Of a DNA stretch of 64,000 nucleotides, positions 27,801-39,900 are shown piece after piece. The notes beneath the pieces are model-generated. The model ran no database searches. It had not been told where the DNA came from and saw nothing but the letters and a program-made list of their open reading frames with translations. The first letter of the stretch is position 1. Every line of letters starts with the position of its first letter. This DNA is from Antedon mediterranea (Eukaryota > Animalia > Echinodermata), in the NCBI RefSeq assembly GCF_964355755.1, contig NC_092680.1, forward strand, positions 15,261,045 through 15,325,044. Direction: 5' to 3'. The position numbers and the translations under genes were made by a program.

Positions 27801-30010
27801 TTAAGCAGCTAATTATTGAGTATTGTTAATTCAAAGCAAAGTTCTTATAGTGCACATACCTGGCTATATTGTGATGTTAAAGACCCCTTCCCTGCAATTT
27901 TGGACGTTTTTTGGAAAATAATACATATATATCACTTTAAAAACATTAAACCATGTCATTCCTTGTCTTAAATGTACGTTTTATGGTAAATTATGATAAA
28001 AAGTGAGAAACAATGCACTACCTAAGTAGCTCGCGGCGATCGACCTCTCGTGGACGGTCTTAGGCCTAGCCTAGCTAGGCTTAGTTTTGTAGGCCTAGCT
28101 GGTAAACATCGGTAACGTACGAACATCGTACGCGAGCTATATACCTAGCCTGACGTTTTATAGTTGCTGCATTAATTGTCTTTCTATTTTTGCCAGACTC
28201 CGTTGATACAAATTGGGGAAAACCCGGTATTTTCGCTGAAAAGTTAGGAGTCTTCCATTTGTTTTGGCCTCACGATCGATCGAAAAGTGGGCGAATTACA
28301 GGTGAAAAACAAAAATATCAATCCGCGCGCAATGCATTTTGGGATTTATAGCGGGCCGCTATAATTATTAGAATCGACTTATTTTTCACATTTTTAACCG
28401 TTTAAAGACCAAAAAAGTTATCGCAATAGGACCATATAGTATTATTTTTACATTAAATATAGTTTGTGATCTTAAATTAGATCTAAAAAACGTAGGGAAG
28501 GGGGCTTTAAGTTATTGTACAAAGGAATGATGGGTTTTTACCTTAAAGCTCTGTCTACATTATCAAACTAGTTTGACAAAAAAAGTGTCATGTGATGTGC
28601 CCAAATATGGTAGTGATAATGCTTGCCCCAAATATAGTATTAACATATTAAAGTTTGATAGTGTAGACAGAGCTTTGGAGTGGATGTTCCAAACTTTCTA
28701 TAGTTAACATTCTGGTAACAATAACATTTTATTTATTTTAAATATGTTTTGCTAACTTAAAAATAAGATGAAAGTTTTGCAATTGACCTACTGTACAATA
28801 AGCAGGTGAAATACATATTAGACAGTTTGGTTAGAATATTAAGTTGTTTTTGTGGAAGATGTTAATTTAGTGGTGAAACTTTGTCTGTTTTGTTTTGTAT
28901 GCTTTGTATATGGATGAACTATGCGAAATAAAGAAAAATGAATGAACTGCAAGATTTACTAATGTGGTCTTTACATTAATTTTATATTTATTTCTTTCTA
29001 CATGAGTACTGTACACCTTTATTGTACTTTATACACTTTTCAATTGTATGACCCAGTATACTACTATCCCCGAGAAGAGATACCGTGATGCACCACTGTG
29101 TCAAAAAAGTGAATTACCTTTTCATAACCACGACACACACATTCAGACGAACAATTACCATGCTGTTCATGACATGTGGGTGGTAAAGTGATGGATATTG
29201 ACACACCATTGTTTATTGACGTTACGCACCATTTAGATTTTTTAACACATCCCTCCGTCAATAATTATTTGTAAATTTACGTAACCATGATGCACCTCTC
29301 CCGGGGATCGTATAGGGTGTCACAATTAACAAGTGCATTATAGCATACAACTTACATTCAAATGTATTGCTGACGTTATTCTGTAATGCCTGTGCTATAA
29401 CTTCCTGCAATACAAATGTTAAATAACTACTTTAATACGCTACCTACTAAATTAAGCTACTGTACACACGTTCAGCCCTGATGTGATTACATATTCCACA
29501 AGGCAAGGTTGATGCATTGTGAATGGTTCTAATTGATATGCTGCCCCCTGAAAGCTAGATAGGCTTACAGTATATACAGTATGTGTAACAGATACTAAAT
29601 ACATTGTAGTGAGTTTGAACAAACAAAACCTTTTAAATTAAAAAAAATGTTGTTACTATTTTAATTAGGCCTAGGCTATGAACTTATTATGCACGTTGAA
29701 AAAAATAATTATCAGGAAATCTTTTCTTAATCTGCTAAACCTCTTCTCTGGACGTACAGCCATACTAGCATTTCTATCTTTGTAAAAACGGCTCAATTCT
29801 GAATGACACAATGACAGTGATTTAATCTAGGCCTAGGCATAGCAAAATTTTAGATATTGGAGAAGGGAAAAAATCAGTTTCTCCCCACGATCCATACTTC
29901 CGTAAACCTACCAGAACGTCACTGTATGTCAACCTTGGTGCTTGAACAGTCCAATCCACATCTTCCCCTTGCTGTGTTTTAATTCGTATAATAAAGGGCT
30001 GTAAAGACAT
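9771..30010 (-). CDS. MAP2K5: Dual-specificity MAP kinase kinase 5 (MEK5), 20 coding exons, about 437 aa
   Basis: Exons (+ coordinates): 29912-30010, 29356-29404, 27640-27707, 27093-27162, 22571-22608, 21955-22022, 21019-21064, 20111-20175, 19643-19682, 18901-18972, 15039-15120, 14660-14721, 14275-14323, 13861-13985, 13361-13432, 12349-12375, 12148-12174, 11764-11796, 11262-11323, 9771-9930. Total 1314 nt, all GT-AG and in phase. PB1 domain ([18 protein letters not shown]), G-loop [31 protein letters not shown], activation loop [17 protein letters not shown]. Confidence 0.96.
10129..10614. mobile_element. Non-autonomous TIR element with AAT target duplication (PIF/Harbinger-related)
   Basis: About 36-bp TIR agagaggtttcgcaatcttacgaatacgataacgga / tccgttatcgtatttgtaaggttgcgaaacctccct, with AAT on both flanks. 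Confidence 0.8.
11828..11966. mobile_element. Family B MITE copy
   Basis: cacactatcaaactagtttgacaa ... aaagtttgatagta. Confidence 0.7.
12425..13291. mobile_element. Non-autonomous Tc1/mariner (pogo/Tc2-like) element
   Basis: TA flanks. TIR ccgtatatttcggtgtataagtcgcac / gtgcgactttaatacaccgaaatatacgg. Subterminal repeats ggtgcgtcttataca x3. Confidence 0.85.
15290..15430 (-). mobile_element. Degenerate tRNA-derived SINE fragment
   Basis: Minus strand has tagtcaagtgattagg (A-box-like), ggttcaattt (B-box-like), then cagtctactcagctgtaaatgaatacctgg, a typical SINE core motif. Confidence 0.45.
16850..18051 (+). CDS. Secreted collagen-domain + globular C1q protein (C1q/CTRP-like), about 283 aa, nested antisense in MAP2K5 intron 10
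   Basis: Coding exons 16850-17060 and 17411-18051 (phase-1 GT-AG intron; 852 nt). Signal peptide [18 protein letters not shown], Cys knot YCGKCC, about 27 Gly-X-Y triplets, and gC1q motifs [57 protein letters not shown]. Probable non-coding exon ending at 16278 (G|GTAAG). Confidence 0.93.
19330..19560 (-). mobile_element. Deu-like tRNA SINE (copy 2)
   Basis: aaagatgtactaggttctttaaagtg..cactggacctacagtttatagtccatatccgagaagactcgttctaccaccaga matches 1526-1623. Boundaries approximate. Confidence 0.7.
20712..20874. mobile_element. Family B MITE, best-preserved copy
   Basis: TIR agctctgtctacactatcaaact / agtttgatagtgcagacagagct with a TAA target duplication (Harbinger-type). Confidence 0.85.
21525..21745 (-). 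mobile_element. Deu-like tRNA SINE (copy 3)
   Basis: Shares the core with copy 1. Minus strand includes gagtaggggataaactgg and A box ggtcgagcggttaagg. Confidence 0.65.
22643..22946. mobile_element. Degenerate pogo/Tc2-like MITE
   Basis: Ends ccgtatttat / ataaatatgg with TA flanks. Interior is the reverse complement of part of the 47332-47720 copy. Confidence 0.55.
23055..23258. mobile_element. Hairpin MITE with TAA target duplication (Harbinger-like)
   Basis: TIR agcctgttttcctgtcgatgttagtcgacgctatc / gatagcgtcgaataacgtcaacaggaaaacaggct. Confidence 0.8.
23758..24059. mobile_element. Kolobok-like element (family C)
   Basis: TTAA flanks, TIR agatgtattgtcccc / ggggacaatatatct, interior similar to 51090-51401. 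Confidence 0.85.
24303..26775 (-). mobile_element. Decayed DDD-transposase DNA transposon, Sola2-like, 2.47 kb
   Basis: About 25-bp TIR gggtcattccatgtca(a/g)atcaccca, GGG..CCC ends, inserted in (AT)n. Carries transposase remnants on the minus strand. Superfamily call is recalled from motifs and termini, not searched. Confidence 0.8.
24990..26215 (-). pseudogene. Frameshifted transposase remnant
   Basis: Fragments [86 protein letters not shown] and FMHPPGPS lie in different frames with stops. Confidence 0.85.
27881..28506. mobile_element. Kolobok-like element (family A, copy 2, inverted relative to 336-949)
   Basis: TTAA flanks. Reverse complement of 336-949 with a few substitutions and an extra segment of about 11 bp near 27951. 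Confidence 0.88.
28547..28674. mobile_element. Family B MITE copy
   Basis: agctctgtctacattatcaaact / agtttgatagtgtagacagagct. Confidence 0.8.
29062..29312. mobile_element. Degenerate TIR element
   Basis: tactatccccgagaagagatac versus gcacctctcccggggatcgta (imperfect inverted ends). Confidence 0.45.
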
Positions 30011-30926
30011 TATTGCACTATGGTATATTTACAATAAAGATCAAATCTAACTTCATAGCTAGCTGTACTTTCAGTAACAATTCGATGGATAGACTTCGGA
30101 TGACTTGCTCATGCTAGGCCCACTACTTTATTATTTTTGTGTGTGACTTCTGTCAATTGGTGGCGCTATGTCAACATGAACAGAGGGCGGTATATTTCAA
30201 AAAGAAAAGACTTTCTTGTAAAAAAAAGCGAAACTGATCAGTTTTATTAATTTAATACACAATTTACAATGCATAAGTAAAGGTACTAGGCCTATAATAC
30301 GATAAGTGTATTACGTTTTAGTAATTTTCGTATTCTAAACTTTTTAAATAATCTAGGCCTAGCTAGCTAGGCCGGCCCTAGCTAGGGCATTGGCCTAGCC
30401 TAGCCTACTAGCTAGGTTAGGCCTACCTGGTACTAGTAACTAGTAGGCTAGCCTAGCCCTCCTCTCTCTCTCTAGTCTAGCCTCTGACTATCTAGGCCTA
30501 TAACCTAGCCCTAGAGAGTCTATATAGCTAGACTAGTACTAGTAGTAGGGCCTGCCACTGGGCTTGGTTGATGGCTAGTACAGTAGGCCTAGAGTAGTAG
30601 TAGGCCTAGGCCTACTACGAATTGAGGAGGCCCTATCCTACTATATAGTATTACTATTAGTATTATGAAGTATCTAAATAAGCCTAGACTAGGCCCTATT
30701 ATTATATTAATTATTACTATTTTTATAATATAAATAGGGCTGGCCTAGTCTACTCTAGGCTAGCCAGGTAATTTGACTAGCCTACGTACACGCAAAACGC
30801 AAATTATTTAATAAATGTACCGGTACTACTGTAAAATAATTGTATGCTAGGCTACAGTAGGCTTGTTTTTATTTTAAAATAATCTATCTAAATTCATCAA
30901 TTCTATATTGCTTACATTTCTTCTAG
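30011..30926. promoter_or_regulatory. Probable bidirectional promoter / 5' region shared by MAP2K5 and the LAS2-like gene
   Basis: Start codons at 30010 (-) and 30941 (+) diverge 930 bp apart. The region contains ggtggcgct and gagggcgg boxes (about 30159-30190) and a ctag/taggcc-rich tract. Confidence 0.6.
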
Positions 30927-30940
30927 TGATTTTACAAATA

Positions 30941-33900
30941 ATGCATGATAATACAGAGGACTCTTTCCTGAGAAGAAATTTCAGTAAAACACTGAAAGAT
31001 TCTCTACATAGCACACAAAGTATTTCTGGTCGGGCATCAATACTTACATATGCCAACAGACAGTATCCATCTGCCACCGATGCTCTACATGCCTACATCT
31101 CAGATTTTGATAATACGCAGTCATCCAGTCCATACAAACGTACTGTCGAAGATTTACTCTCTCCTAAGTCTGTACTGTTGCAGACTGTGGAACGAAGCCT
31201 AGCTACCGGGGTACGTGATACTCGAGCAGAAAGTCACAGACATGCAATTAAGAAACTCATTGACCAGTCTTATGAAGAATTATTGAGGGCAGATTTGGAA
31301 CGAGAAAAAGGTAATTATGTTTATGGATCTTATATTCTTACAGTTGCATAACATTATTCAACAGTCATAGTATATTTTAATCAGGGATTCTAAAACATTT
31401 ATATTTTCACAGCAAAACATCCGATACAGACAATCTCATCAAGTGACCTATCAAGCCTAACACCAGACAGGAGCCTTCAATATCCTAGTCTAACCAGCTT
31501 ATCTACAGATGTCTTGCTTTCCCAAGCATCACAGAGTGTTCATAACCACAATGTTGGCTTCACAAGTGATGCCCAGAATTATTTAAATTTATCTCACTCC
31601 TCTAAAACATTATCACCATTGCAGGAGAGCTACAGAGCGAATGCTATCCAATTAAAATCATTACAGAGTAATGTCGGAAAGAGCTCAGGGATTCTAAAAA
31701 AGCGACCTAGTCCCGACAGAAAGAAGACTCATAGAGAAGTGAGTTTCACCAGAAGTACCAACTCTAGGTATCTTAGAGAATTACAAAATCAAGATGGTTT
31801 ATTTAAAAGTACAATTAGGACTTCAACGACTTCACCTGAATATAAAGAAGCCATGATAAGTGTTCCAAACAGAAAAACTTCTTTTGATAGACATTTCAAG
31901 ACTAGAAGAAAGGCAGATTCAGTTTTATCAGGTGGCAGAAAAGTACCAAGTTGGATAGAGGATGTGGATATGTCACTCACTCTCGATCCCCACATTAACA
32001 AATCTAACCAAAAGGCTAAAATTACTTCCAAAATAATTGATAGTAACACCAAGTCAAATGCATCAGAAATTTCAGGACAGAGAAATGTACCTAGCTGGAT
32101 TGAAGACATTAGTATGTCAGAGGTCCAGAGTACTGGTGAGGGTAGGTCACAAATTGGCAGAGCTCCACCCAGCTGGATCAATGGTATGAATGGCTCTGAA
32201 GTAAGCTCTGTCATACCAGCAGCCAGACAGTTGCCATTTTATGACTTGAATGTTACAAAAGGTAGCAATGCTAACACTGATCGCCAGTCGACTAATAAAT
32301 TATCACAACCAGGGTTAACCTACCAAGATCTAAGAAGCCCTGACAAGGAAAACCATCCAAATCCAACTAATCACAATACTGGTAGAGCTAAGATGAAAAG
32401 CAGTGCAGAAATTAATAGACAGGTCAGAAACTCAATGGCAAAACAAAGTGTAAGAAAAGTCCTGCCATCATCACCAGTATTAAAACAAAGAATCAGCTCA
32501 GATATGATGAGTATGACAACAGACGATCTCATCTTAGCGCCCTCTACGGGCAGAGGACTGCCAGAATCGAGGAGTATGGAAGACCTTAGAATAACTCTAA
32601 AACAAATGGACGCATCACCTACAAGAACGCTTGATAGAGGCACAACAAGAAGTAATAAAACAAGGTTACGGGACACTCAAAGAAGGGCATCAGAAGAAGT
32701 TTGGCAGAGGTCAGCAGCAAAGTCAGCAGTACAGATCAATGATCCTGATAGGAGCAGACTATATGTTTCTGACCTTTATTTAAGCCCAAGAAAATATGCT
32801 CCTCAAAGTAATTTTGCTGTTCATAAACAAGATTTGTATCCACCACACTTTAAAGGTGATTCTCCTAAAGCCAACTGGATGTCAAATGATAGACCACCTA
32901 GCTCACAAAGATATTCCAGGGTTCCAAATTGGCGAACAGATATGCATCATACTGGCAGATTCACAAAAACTAGAGGTATCATTGATTTGGGTTTGAAAAT
33001 GTTTAGGTTTGAACTACACCATAACCTCATACACAAATATAATGGAAATTATTAATATGAATTCGTTTTAGAAAACATCACTACAGCCTTAATACTAGTA
33101 CTACATAACTATATAATGATTTTATTGAAAAATTATTAGCAAGCACACTATTAAAAATCATGTTAATGTTTTGAAATAAATTGATTAATTATTGATAAAC
33201 TGATTAATAGCCATTTAATAACCAATTTCTTTGCAGCAGTAACAGCACAAATTTTCAATGATTGATTAAATGGCAGCCTCAAATTAAAGATTTGCTGACT
33301 TTGAGTCAACTACTGTATCATCTTAAATTTTTGACCACCAGAGCCCATTGCATTTTGGGTTCACGTTTTTCTTCAAATCCCCTAATTTAAACGGTTATTT
33401 TGGAGCACAAATTTAACAAAAATCCAATACAAAAATTATTGTTTCTAAATAAATCGTTTATTTGGCGCTATTCGGCAGAAAAAGATCCTTATACCTAAAC
33501 TTTATGTCAATTAAACTTCTCCAGTACAAGATTTTTTAATTTTTATTTAAAAAAATCATATTTCAATTGTAAAGGATCATCTGAAGAATTTGAGCAGAGA
33601 GTGATTGATAGAGCCGAGAAAATACTGGGCTCACCTTTGACACATCCTCTACGAAGTTTACAGACACAAAGCCCTAACACTGAAGATATTTTAGATGGTG
33701 ACAGATCGTGGGAAAAGACCTTACCATAGTAAGTATTATATTTTGTGTGATCCTTGCATTATTATGACTTGCCATATTTATTTTAATAAACGCGCCATGC
33801 CTCAGTTTACAGTAGTATAAAATAGATAATGTGTTTTTTTTTAAATGGGTTAAATGAGTGAATATAACAATCAATCTTTCAAATCATGAAAATATTCTCC

Positions 33901-36900
33901 CATTCAATTCACACATTCATTATTGTACGAATACGAATAAAACTTTATTGAGATTATAACATATATATTAGGACATCTGCATATCAAGCAGGCGGTCCGA
34001 GTTCGAGTCTCGGTTGAGGCGACTTTTTCTCATTCTCACAGATTTCCTCATCTTAATCGTTTCAAATTAATTAATTAAATTTCAGTATATCACCGGGCGG
34101 TTTAGAATTAATGTTCTTTGCCTGATTTGTTTATATATATAAATATAAAAACATTTAAAGACATTTTACAGATCCGTATAAAAATATCCAAAAAGAAAAT
34201 TAACAATAAAAAAACACACGTACATCAACAGTTTTATTGACATGTCTGTAAACTTAAAACATATTTAGATTGGTATAAAACAATATTCAATTGATCGATT
34301 TAAACATTGACATTTACAAAAGGTACAGAAGTTGCAAAAAGAGCAGAGACTACCATTTTTTGGAAAAGTCTGATTAATAACGAATAATTAAATTGAAAGA
34401 TTAGTTTTAAACTCAAATAATACCGGAGTTAAAGTGTAATATAAGTGAGAATCTACATAGACGAATCCTATTTACTTGTTTTGATACCCATTTGGTTCAT
34501 GACTGCATGACAAATTATTTAGTAATGTAGAGGGCAGTAGTACCTTTATGTCGCGATGGGTGTTTAAGCTTCACAACATAAATGCTGATAGAATCGTCAA
34601 TACAGTTGATGACCCTGCATTAAATATCCAGTAGAGTTTAATGTCAATATTTTATGATTGATGCATTTCTTGGTTAAACAGTTTTAACAATAGAAATGCA
34701 CAATCACTGTGCCTATATGTAAATGTGGTCCTGTTCTAAATTTAAGTTCGTTATTTTACAAAGCGCCATACTTTATTTATTGAGACAAGTGGTCTTTAAA
34801 TGTCTATGTGTGTTTGGTTTAGAGATAATAAAAAAAATCTGAAGAAGATGATGGGATGTAATAAAAGGACAAACAAATGAAAATAATATTTGCACAAAAA
34901 AATTCTTTTTAATGTAATTTTTGTTTTTATGTTTGATCTTCTAGAAGAGAGGCATAACTATTTTGAAATCATGATGTAATGGGCCTATTTTTTGGTACAA
35001 TGAAACAACCTGATAATTGTTTTTTAGACACACTAGATACTGTATATAAATAATAATGATAATAAAATAATGATTGAATGCACAATCCCGCTCGGACAAT
35101 TGGAGAAATGTATCAAGATCAAGAATAGTTAGCGATTTTATATAGTCATATATACTTTATTGTCCATTTTAAAAAACAGAAATGTGATTTGAAAACTCGC
35201 AGAATACAAAAATATAAATATAAAATACTATTTACAAAAACACACACAAAAAGTTAAGAGGCTAAAAATTGTTAAAATTAGATAAATATTATTATTATTT
35301 AATTGTATTATATGATTTATTATTATATTGCACTAACGATGATTTAAAGTTTATATAAAAGCATATCCGATTCCTTAAGCCTGTTTTCTAGTTGCGGCGA
35401 GTTGAATTGACCAGATTCAAGGATTTTACAGAAACGGGGTAAAAATCAACGTTTAAAATCGTTAAAACTGACCAATCAAATGGTTCACAAATTACGTCAT
35501 CATAGTTTTTGAAAAATATGTATGCGCTGACAATTCTTGAATTTTAACAACGCGACTATATTTTTCACCATTTTTGAACACTAAACTATATAAAAACAAT
35601 TAAATTTAATCTTTGTCTTTAGCGTAAGCCTAGATAAAGAGACCTAGGCTGTGGGTTGAAGCATTAAAACCTGTAACTTTTTCAATGTTCACGCGAACCT
35701 GACTGCACATGGTCAGCCTTGGTTTTGCAATACTTCATGTCCTCATGTCCCAGCAATGCTCAAGAGAACCAAGAAACTATGAATGATCACGTAAAAATGT
35801 GCAAATATTAGCGATCCGACTTGATCATCGTTATCATTATTTATTATCGTTTGAAAATTCAACGCAACTCGCTGTAACGTTACGTCAACTGGGGAAAAGG
35901 TTTTAATAGCCAATCAACAAGGCAGCCGACTTATTGCAACATTATTAGGCCTGATATTATTAATATATTTTTTTGACAATGTATCTGTAACACTTTGTGA
36001 TCAGCCTTCTTAATTCATTGTACCGCATCTGTATTTTTGTTTAATATTTTATTTTTGTTCTTTTGGGTTTGCCAATCATAAGCTTTTTGCATTTTTTTTC
36101 TTCTGCGCTCTTTTATTGTTGACCCACCTCCTTGATGTTGAAGTTACCTACAATTGCTATACACATGAGTTATTTACTGTATGTTGTATTACTTTGTATA
36201 GCAAGCCACTGAGACCTGTGTATACTGGAGATGAGGATGAGCACAGACGAACACAGATTATAGATAGATTCCTAGAGGACTGCCTCAACTCAAATAGCAC
36301 AGTGAGTAATTTGAATTAACAATTGTTATGTTGTTTTATTAGCTGATTTTGTGTTTTAATCGTTAGGGAAATAAATAAGTACGGTATAAGTATTAGTCCT
36401 ATTAGTACTAGAGCCAACGTGACTTCACGGTGGTACAAGTGAGAAAATTCTTCCCAGTCTGTTGATTCGCGTCAACCAATCAAAGGGCAAGAATCCAAAA
36501 TCGTTTAACTGTGAGCCCTCATAGACTCTCTTTTCCCAGACATTTTGTGGGGTCCAGCAGCTGGGATCTATAAATTGTAGTCGAGTTTACAAAGTCGCAA
36601 AACAGTCGGCCTTAGATACTATAATAACTGCTGCTTGCTTTAGCTTCTGAATGAGTAGTCCTAGCTGGCTAGAGCAGCAGCGTGAAAACATAGTATCTTG
36701 GGCCAAAATGAGAATAAAACAAAATAGAGGGCATTATACTCATGCGTCTATATTTCTAGAAAATATTTAGGGCTTTCACTCTGTCTTGTCGACAAACAAA
36801 TGTTTATTTGAGATTTTGATGTGGTGTCAAATTTTTACATGATTTTGTTTTTCAACATCATTCTTCATGGAATCAGGTTTTTACATACAATTTTGATGTC

Positions 36901-39900
36901 GATTGAGATCATAAGCCGATGTAAATGATTTTGTAATTGGTTATTTTCGTTTTGGTACTACAGTATACCAGATAATCGAGACTTTTTTCTTTTCATCCTC
37001 ATATTTTTAGTCCAACCTACTCCATATTCAACATACAAATAGCCATTGTTACTACATATTTTGGGTGGTTTCATGCTATCTCCCTCCCAGCATGGTGTCT
37101 ATTTGTAGAGTTGAACTTCATCTTCATACCATGTTTTTGGTTGGTACCAGATAAGTTTGAGCTGATCCCTTAGCATCTCCTTAGTGGGTAGTGTCCTAGT
37201 AATTAGAGGTTCTTATTGCCTGGAGGTGTGTCCTGCTGAGTGTAAACAGTTGCACAAGATAAATGAATTTGACCTGAGATGAGCAACATGTCAAACCAGC
37301 TCATTACCTCATCTATTGTATACTTTCTGGACAGTCTGTAATAAGGTACAGTAGTAACAGTCCAGTGTATTTTTCTATGGTACTAATTACTGTACAAACT
37401 TGTTGAATGAATGAATTTCCATAATCATAATTTTAAATGAATTCCTATAAAATTAGGATAATACTAACAACTACAAAGTTGCTGTGAATGAGTAATTGTT
37501 TTTCCCCTTCTTAACAAATACAAAAATAAGCCTTGTGTCGGCTTGAACCCATGACTTCCATAACACTAGCCTGTCACTCACCAAGCTTGCCCTGGTGAAT
37601 AAAGGATGTGTATAAAAGGTACAATTGCAGGGTGAAATTTGAAAAAAAAATATTGTCAAATTACATTACCAAAACTTAACACTATACAGTAGTATTACAG
37701 TATTTTCAAAAACAAACAATTTTGACCTGTATCTGCTGAAAAAAATCAAAATTTTAAGAAATCAGTTTTATTAATTTGTTACAATAAAGATCACGCTGTA
37801 GCATATTTTTTACTCAATTTTTGTTTATTTTTGTACTCAATTTTTGGTTTTTTTGTTGCTTTTGAATGACATTGAATAAATCATTATTATCTACAAAATC
37901 AAGTGTTTTCGTGAGTGATGTCAAATTGAGACTGAAAATAAAAAATATTGCTCAACGAAAACCATTTTATAAACTGGTTTTTACGATTGATTTTTTACGA
38001 GACTGTAATCAATCAATTTGGTTTTTAAAGCCATTTTTTTTTAGTGCCACAGAAACAAAATATAAAGTTTGCGGTACACCACGTGTATTAGTTCTGAAAA
38101 GAACTGTTGAGTTTCTCAACGTTTCAATCAATATGTTTTGATCTTCCTCATGAGTGAGAATGGGAATGTTTTTTTTATCAGCACAAACAAGCCTTACTAT
38201 ATTGTACCGTAATAGATTCTTTTTAATGCTAATGTACTGTATACTTTAATCAATAATAAATCTTTTTTTTTTGGAATTGAAAGAATAACATGCTATTATC
38301 TTCCTTAACACCAAAACATTACATCATTGTTATTCAACAGTGAATGTCAAGTTTAAGAATGATGTCTCGTCAAGGCTTGCTAGGTTTTTTTTCATGCTTC
38401 AGTGTCTCCCCTGATCTTGAGCTAACTGAAGGATAAGCCCTAATTACTTTGGAATGTGGCATGAAGGCTTTTATCTTGTCACCACACTGTATGAAACAAC
38501 AGCATTTTCCTTTTAATAATAGTTTTTCCTTTTTTGTTTATTTCAACTGATTACCTTTATTTTAATAACTTACATATTTCATCAATGCTGTACTATTTGG
38601 TTTTGTGTGCTTGACTTGATATAAAAATGTTTTATCTACGCGAAGTAGCTAATTGAACCATACCATTAAAAAGGCTACTATACTATTAATTAATTGTTTT
38701 GGAAAGTGCTGCAAAATTAATCTTTTTAGCTTACTGAGTTTTTAATTTCTCAAGTTAATGAAGATACACATTACACATAACTTTAAATGTAGGTCATTTT
38801 GTATTGATATTGTTTAATGTTGCATTCAAAGTTTCTATTACTGTAGTTATTAATATATGAAAAAAGTACAAACATGGGCCCTCTTCTGGTGGGTTAGAGA
38901 CCCTCAATTAACACCCACTTGTATTGTTATGACTGCTGTTTAATGTACTTAAAGTAGCTAGTCAGTTACACTTCCCATAACCTTGCCATTGAATTGAAAG
39001 TTATTTAGCAGAAAGATAAAACCAAGAGTACAGAAAGGTCATTGACCTGATGTTGGCATTGCCATACACCTTGACATTTTCCACCTTGAATAAATGTTTG
39101 TCAAAATGTTGATACAATTGTATTTCAAGGTATTTCATTTCAACAACATTCTAAACATTTGGTCCAAAAATGATAACTTCATTCATCAAACTCTATCATA
39201 ACTTTGCATACACTTTATCACTTCTTTTTACAATTTTTATCCCCCAATCCTAGATCTGTCATTGCAAACTAAAGTAATGATCACTGATAATAAATCTTAC
39301 GCTTATGTTTGCTCTACATTTATTTATTTAAACACAATTTACACTATGTAATACCATAATATTTTTTTAATAATTGTGTCTAATGGGAATTTCTGAAATT
39401 AGGCCAACTGGGAAATCTTAAATTTCAGATCAAACATGAATTTGACCCTAATTTGTAACCCCATGGGCTTTCCATCCAGAATGCAGAAAATGGGTGGAGG
39501 TCAGGTTTAGGCCACTGGGCAATTTGACCTATTTACTGTAGTACAGTAGTACTGTACTCTAGTAAGGACAGATGAAAATTGCAAAATTTGAATTTTTTGA
39601 AAATTTTTAGAAATATCATAATTAAATGGAAGACTGCATGGTTGTGCAGTATGAGAATAAGTATATATTTTATTTTAAAAACCAAAAACAACAGCAGAAA
39701 ACAATCCAGCAGTTATAGCTTGGTTTGAACAGAAACAAAGACAACAACTCAGAAACAGACAGAGGAAGATTGGAATTGAAAATGTCAATATGGGGATGGG
39801 CCTGGCAGTGGAACTATAAATTATTATAAAGATAAGCTTAATCTATAGTACTGTAGACATTTTTAATTAATATAACTCTACTAAAGGGAACACAGAGGAG

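Noticed and set aside
31789-32676. Minus-strand ORFs of 141 and 101 aa, and similar ORFs at 2423-2729, 17312-17593, 54461-54811 and 55050-55403
   Set aside because: Antisense shadows of real coding exons with no recognisable motifs.
33975-34030. tRNA-like 3' half (gagttcgagtctc) followed by a T-run
   Set aside because: No 5' half or A box. Probably a repeat-derived fragment.
34240-34830. Possible old LINE reverse-transcriptase fragment on the minus strand
   Set aside because: Only short, stop-ridden similarity by eye, too weak to annotate.
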